From positions 736,001 to 800,000 of the forward strand of contig JASGJH010000001.1 in NCBI GenBank assembly GCA_047601445.1: DNA of 64,000 nucleotides. Reading direction: 5' to 3'. Below, in pieces: positions 60,756 to 64,000 of this stretch. This DNA is from Myxococcales bacterium. Its GTDB lineage: Bacteria > Myxococcota_A > Polyangia > Polyangiales > DASUME01. The position numbers and the translations under genes are program-made. A model generated the notes under the pieces. It made no database searches, was not told the origin of the DNA, and saw nothing but the letters and a program-made list of their open reading frames with translations. Within the stretch, counting starts at the first letter, position 1. Every line of letters starts with the position of its first letter.

Positions 60756-63028
60756 AAGGCCTCGCCGATGGTGAGATGGACCGCTCCGTTGAACCTGAAC
60801 AGCGGATCTTCGCGGTTTACCTTGCTGCGTCCCTTGGGGTCGCCTTGCAGTCCCGGGACCAGCCAGCCTACGTCCAGGCGGATCGGTCCCACGATGGTCT
60901 TGTAGCGCAGGCCGCCGCCCAGGGTGGTGTTCGGTCGATCGAAGCGGAAACGCGCGGGTTGGCTCGCGGTGCCGCCGTCCACATCGCCCACGTCGACGAA
61001 GCTCGCGATGCCAAAGCTATCGCCGAGTGGTACTCGCAGCTCGACGCTCGCGATCCAGCTGCGGGTGCCGCCGGGAAAGCCGAGCACCGTGTCCAGATTG
61101 GTTTGTCCGAGGGCGCCCGCTTGCACGCCGCGCACCGAGTAGGGGCCACCACCGCGCAAGCGATACGGGCGCGGACCGAGGTGCTGCAGCTGGTCGGAGA
61201 GGCCGGTGTCCGCGGTGTAGACCTTGATCCAGCCGATGCCCGCGCGCGCACCCAAAACGAGGCCGTAGGGCAGGGGGAAGAACTGGCGTAGCTCGGGCGT
61301 GACGCGCAGATAGAACCACTCCGAGGGCGGCAAGGTTTCGTGGATCTCGAAGCGAGCCAACGTACCGCGGTGCGTGCTCGCGCGATCATCGCGGGTGTCC
61401 CACTCGAGCACCTGCTGCAAGAACAACAAGTGGTACCCCTCGGTGCGCTTCAACTGAGTCACGGCGATGGCCTCGATCGTGGTCAGGTCGCCGAACAAGT
61501 CCTTGGGGATGTACGGGTTGAAGTGGATCGCGAACGAGGTGTTGAGCCGATTCTTGAAGAAGCTGCGCGAGGGCCCGAGGCCAATGTCGATGTCGTCGCG
61601 GATGAACTTGGCGCCGTAGGGGTCGGGGCCGCGATCCCAGTTGGCGTTGAAGCGCAGCATGGTGCGCGCCTCGAGGAACGCCGGCCATTCGAGGATGGTG
61701 CTCAGCGTGTTACCGAAGCGTGGAGGCTCGCGCTGACCCTGGGCATCCTCCAGGCGCGGGAAGGGTGCCAGAAAGACCAGGCGCGGGCGCTCTTCGATGC
61801 GCAGACGCCGCAAGCCGCCGAGGAAGTTTTTCACCTCCGCGTAGGTGAACAGATGCACGTCCCACTGCTGGGTCGCGTTGATGGCGCGCTGGCCATCCTC
61901 GACGCCGATTTGCAAGCCCGCGCCGAAGCCGAGTCGGTAGAGCTTGGCGGGCTTGACGCGGATCTCGATGGGCACCCGCGCGTTCTTGGAGGCCTTCTTG
62001 GGCAGACGGCACACGCAATCCGTGGTGACTTCGGGCTCGCCACCGGCCACGGGTGTGGCCTGGTTGTTCTGCCACGCGAGCCACTCGCCTTCCTTGCCGT
62101 TCTCGCCGGGAAACTGGTTGGCCCCGGTCCGCGGATCCTGTCGACCCACCACCAGCTCCACCTCCGAGAACACGCGCATTTGGTAGATGCGTGTGCGGGC
62201 GTCTTCGAGGTCGGTCTCGCTGAAGGGCCGACCCGGGCGCAGGTCGCTCGCCTGCAAGATGAGGCGCGGTGGCAGCTTGCCGAAGCCTTCGACGCAGACC
62301 TCGCCGAACTCACTGAAGGGGCCTGGTTTGACGTTGAAGGCGATCACCGCGGAGCGCTGCTTGGGATCGATGTCGACGCGGCCCTCGACCTCCGCCGAGG
62401 CGTAGCCGCCATCGCGCAGCAAGCGCTCGAGCTTGAGCTCGGTTTGATCGAAGATGGCCTCGTCGAAACGGTCGTCCACCTGGATTTCGTTGGCCACCGC
62501 CATCAGCTCCTGGCTGAGGGACTCGTCCAGGCCGTTCGTGCCCTGCAGGGAGGCGCTGAAGACGCGCACGGGTTCACCCTCGGAGACGGTGACCTGCAGC
62601 CGGATCTTGTTCTTGTCGGTGCGCGTGCCGTAGAGGGCCTCCTCTGGCTCGGAGGTGGTCTTGAGCACGCTGGCGCCGTAGTAGCCGCGCGCGCGGTACC
62701 AGCGCTCGATGCGGGCCAAATCGCGCTCGAACACGCTGGGCTCGTAGAGCGGCCAGTCCGTCCAGGCCCAGCGCCACAGGGGCAAGTGCAGCCGTCGGGC
62801 ATCGAAGGGCGGCTTGCCGCAGGTGGGCGCGGGCTCCTTGCTCAGGTCGATGGAGAGCCACTGGCGCTCCTGGGTGGCCAGGCAGGCTTGCAGCGCGAAG
62901 CGGTCGAGATCGTCGACCCCGAGGATCTCGAGCTTGTCGACGCCATAGCGGCCCTCGGGGATGTGGGCGCAGGCCCCCAGGACGAAGGCGGCGAGCAGCG
63001 CCAGAGACGGAAAAAAGCGGGTCCGCAT
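60752..63028 (-). CDS. tamA: Omp85 family (TamA/BamA-like) outer membrane protein with lipoprotein signal
   Basis: LGAC lipobox, POTRA (RIERWYRARGY, V.EGEP), GGGPYSVRG, ELRVP, FVDVGDV, GLRYKTIVGPIRLD, terminal GEAF. Confidence 0.88.
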   Translation of the reverse strand: MRTRFFPSLALLAAFVLGACAHIPEGRYGVDKLEILGVDDLDRFALQACLATQERQWLSIDLSKEPAPTCGKPPFDARRLHLPLWRWAWTDWPLYEPSVFERDLARIERWYRARGYYGASVLKTTSEPEEALYGTRTDKNKIRLQVTVSEGEPVRVFSASLQGTNGLDESLSQELMAVANEIQVDDRFDEAIFDQTELKLERLLRDGGYASAEVEGRVDIDPKQRSAVIAFNVKPGPFSEFGEVCVEGFGKLPPRLILQASDLRPGRPFSETDLEDARTRIYQMRVFSEVELVVGRQDPRTGANQFPGENGKEGEWLAWQNNQATPVAGGEPEVTTDCVCRLPKKASKNARVPIEIRVKPAKLYRLGFGAGLQIGVEDGQRAINATQQWDVHLFTYAEVKNFLGGLRRLRIEERPRLVFLAPFPRLEDAQGQREPPRFGNTLSTILEWPAFLEARTMLRFNANWDRGPDPYGAKFIRDDIDIGLGPSRSFFKNRLNTSFAIHFNPYIPKDLFGDLTTIEAIAVTQLKRTEGYHLLFLQQVLEWDTRDDRASTHRGTLARFEIHETLPPSEWFYLRVTPELRQFFPLPYGLVLGARAGIGWIKVYTADTGLSDQLQHLGPRPYRLRGGGPYSVRGVQAGALGQTNLDTVLGFPGGTRSWIASVELRVPLGDSFGIASFVDVGDVDGGTASQPARFRFDRPNTTLGGGLRYKTIVGPIRLDVGWLVPGLQGDPKGRSKVNREDPLFRFNGAVHLTIGEAF

Positions 63029-63036
63029 GCGAGCGC

Positions 63037-63090
63037 CGACTCGAAGCACGCGTTTTCGCGTGCGAGTCGCGTATCGAGCGAACCCGCTAC
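63037..63090 (-). repeat. Palindromic REP-like element upstream of tamA
   Basis: Minus strand GTAGCGGG...CGACTC-GCACGCG-AAAA-CGCGTGC-TTC-GAGTCG. Confidence 0.55.
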
Positions 63091-63125
63091 ATCCCATCGG
63101 CTAGGGATCTACTACGGAGCGGACC

Positions 63126-63536
63126 TCAGGGCCCCTTAACGTCGCTGACCGCGCCCAGGCTCGAGAGGTAGACCATCAGGCCCTTCATCTGGTCCTCGGG
63201 CAGCGTGGCGGTGTCGACGGGCTTCATGCGCCCCGAGCCCTCGCGGATCTGCTTGGTCATGGCCGCGACGCTGTGGGACTCCTCCTTGAGCGAAGGGCCC
63301 AAGTCGGCGTCGCCACCGGGGTGGCAGCTGCCGCAGGCAGTATCGAAGCTGGTCTTGCCGGAGGCCGAGAGGCTCTGCCATTCCGCGCTGTCCGTGACCA
63401 CGATCGCAGGTTCGCCGCCCGAGGTCGCCGCCGCGGGCTCGCTCGTGGTGGCTGCTCCGCCGCCGCCGCCGCACGCTGCGAGCAGCAAGAGGCTCGAGGC
63501 GCAGATGGTGGGCAGCCAGTTCATACGAATCATCAT
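63126..63536 (-). CDS. Monoheme class I cytochrome c lipoprotein
   Basis: GGAGG RBS; LAAC lipobox; CGSCH, GPSL, distal Met in GSGRMKP. Confidence 0.88.
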   Translation of the reverse strand: MMIRMNWLPTICASSLLLLAACGGGGGAATTSEPAAATSGGEPAIVVTDSAEWQSLSASGKTSFDTACGSCHPGGDADLGPSLKEESHSVAAMTKQIREGSGRMKPVDTATLPEDQMKGLMVYLSSLGAVSDVKGP

Positions 63537-63644
63537 GTGTCCTCCGTGGGCAGCGAGTGCCGCACTAGTCGAATCGCGCCGGTTTTGCGCGGGCCTGTCA
63601 GCTGGCGTGTGGTGAACCGTGGGGCCCCCACGCCGGCCCCTCAT

Positions 63645-64000
63645 TTACTCTGTGCGGTAGGTCCATTGCCAAGGATTTTCGGTGACAATCTGTTGGAGCC
63701 CAGGCCACTCCGCGTCTCCCGATCCATCGGCCACCGAGACCAAGACGCGCCCATCTGGAAACACCAGGGCGTGCATCGAACCAGGCTCGGAAGGGGCAGG
63801 GGAGGCCAGCGGGGTGGACAAGCGGTCTCCGGGTTCGCCGGCGCTCGCCTGGAGACGTTCCACGCAGTGCGGGTCGAGCGGCGTCTGGGGGCGGGCCTGG
63901 GGAGCCGCGAGTGGGCGTAGCGCGGCGCGCGCATTGGCGCGTGTGATGGGCTCGGGGGAGCTCAGTGCTTCGCACAATGCGGCGCAGGTGGCGGGTGAGA
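63645..64000 (-). CDS. 3' end of a hypothetical gene entering from beyond the window
   Basis: Frame open from window edge to stop at 63645; no recognisable motif. Confidence 0.4.
   Translation of the reverse strand, partial: SPATCAALCEALSSPEPITRANARAALRPLAAPQARPQTPLDPHCVERLQASAGEPGDRLSTPLASPAPSEPGSMHALVFPDGRVLVSVADGSGDAEWPGLQQIVTENPWQWTYRTE

Overview
GC-rich bacterial chromosome segment, most likely Myxococcota (Polyangiales/Sandaracinaceae-like), inferred from Cys-rich myxobacterial repeats, a MYXO-CTERM-like tail, a kinase-ATPase-TPR fusion and a giant TPR protein. Most of it is housekeeping: rpmI-rplT-pheS-pheT-ihfA-MerR-tRNA-Pro-surE-apt-tRNA-Arg; nadC-birA-ygfZ-erpA; dnaG-rpoD with tRNA-Ile2(CAT); ilvE; yajC-secD-secF-recJ; tilS-ftsH-folP-cdaA-cdaR with a convergent glmM; tamA-tamB and a lipoprotein cytochrome c. 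The best candidate for an undescribed system is at about 11.3-19.9 kb: a DsbD-type reductase divergent from two hydrazine-synthase-alpha (HzsA)-like beta-propeller/c-heme lipoproteins (one with three tandem non-canonical CX4-6CH domains), a secreted CxxC HEAT-repeat protein and a small membrane protein. Four +1 frameshifts break two genes, and three of them can be read as GATC becoming GAATC, suggesting a modification-linked sequencing artefact. Short palindromic REP/MITE-like repeats are dispersed through the window, one apparently translated inside a signal peptide. All calls come from reading motifs by eye; no searches were run.
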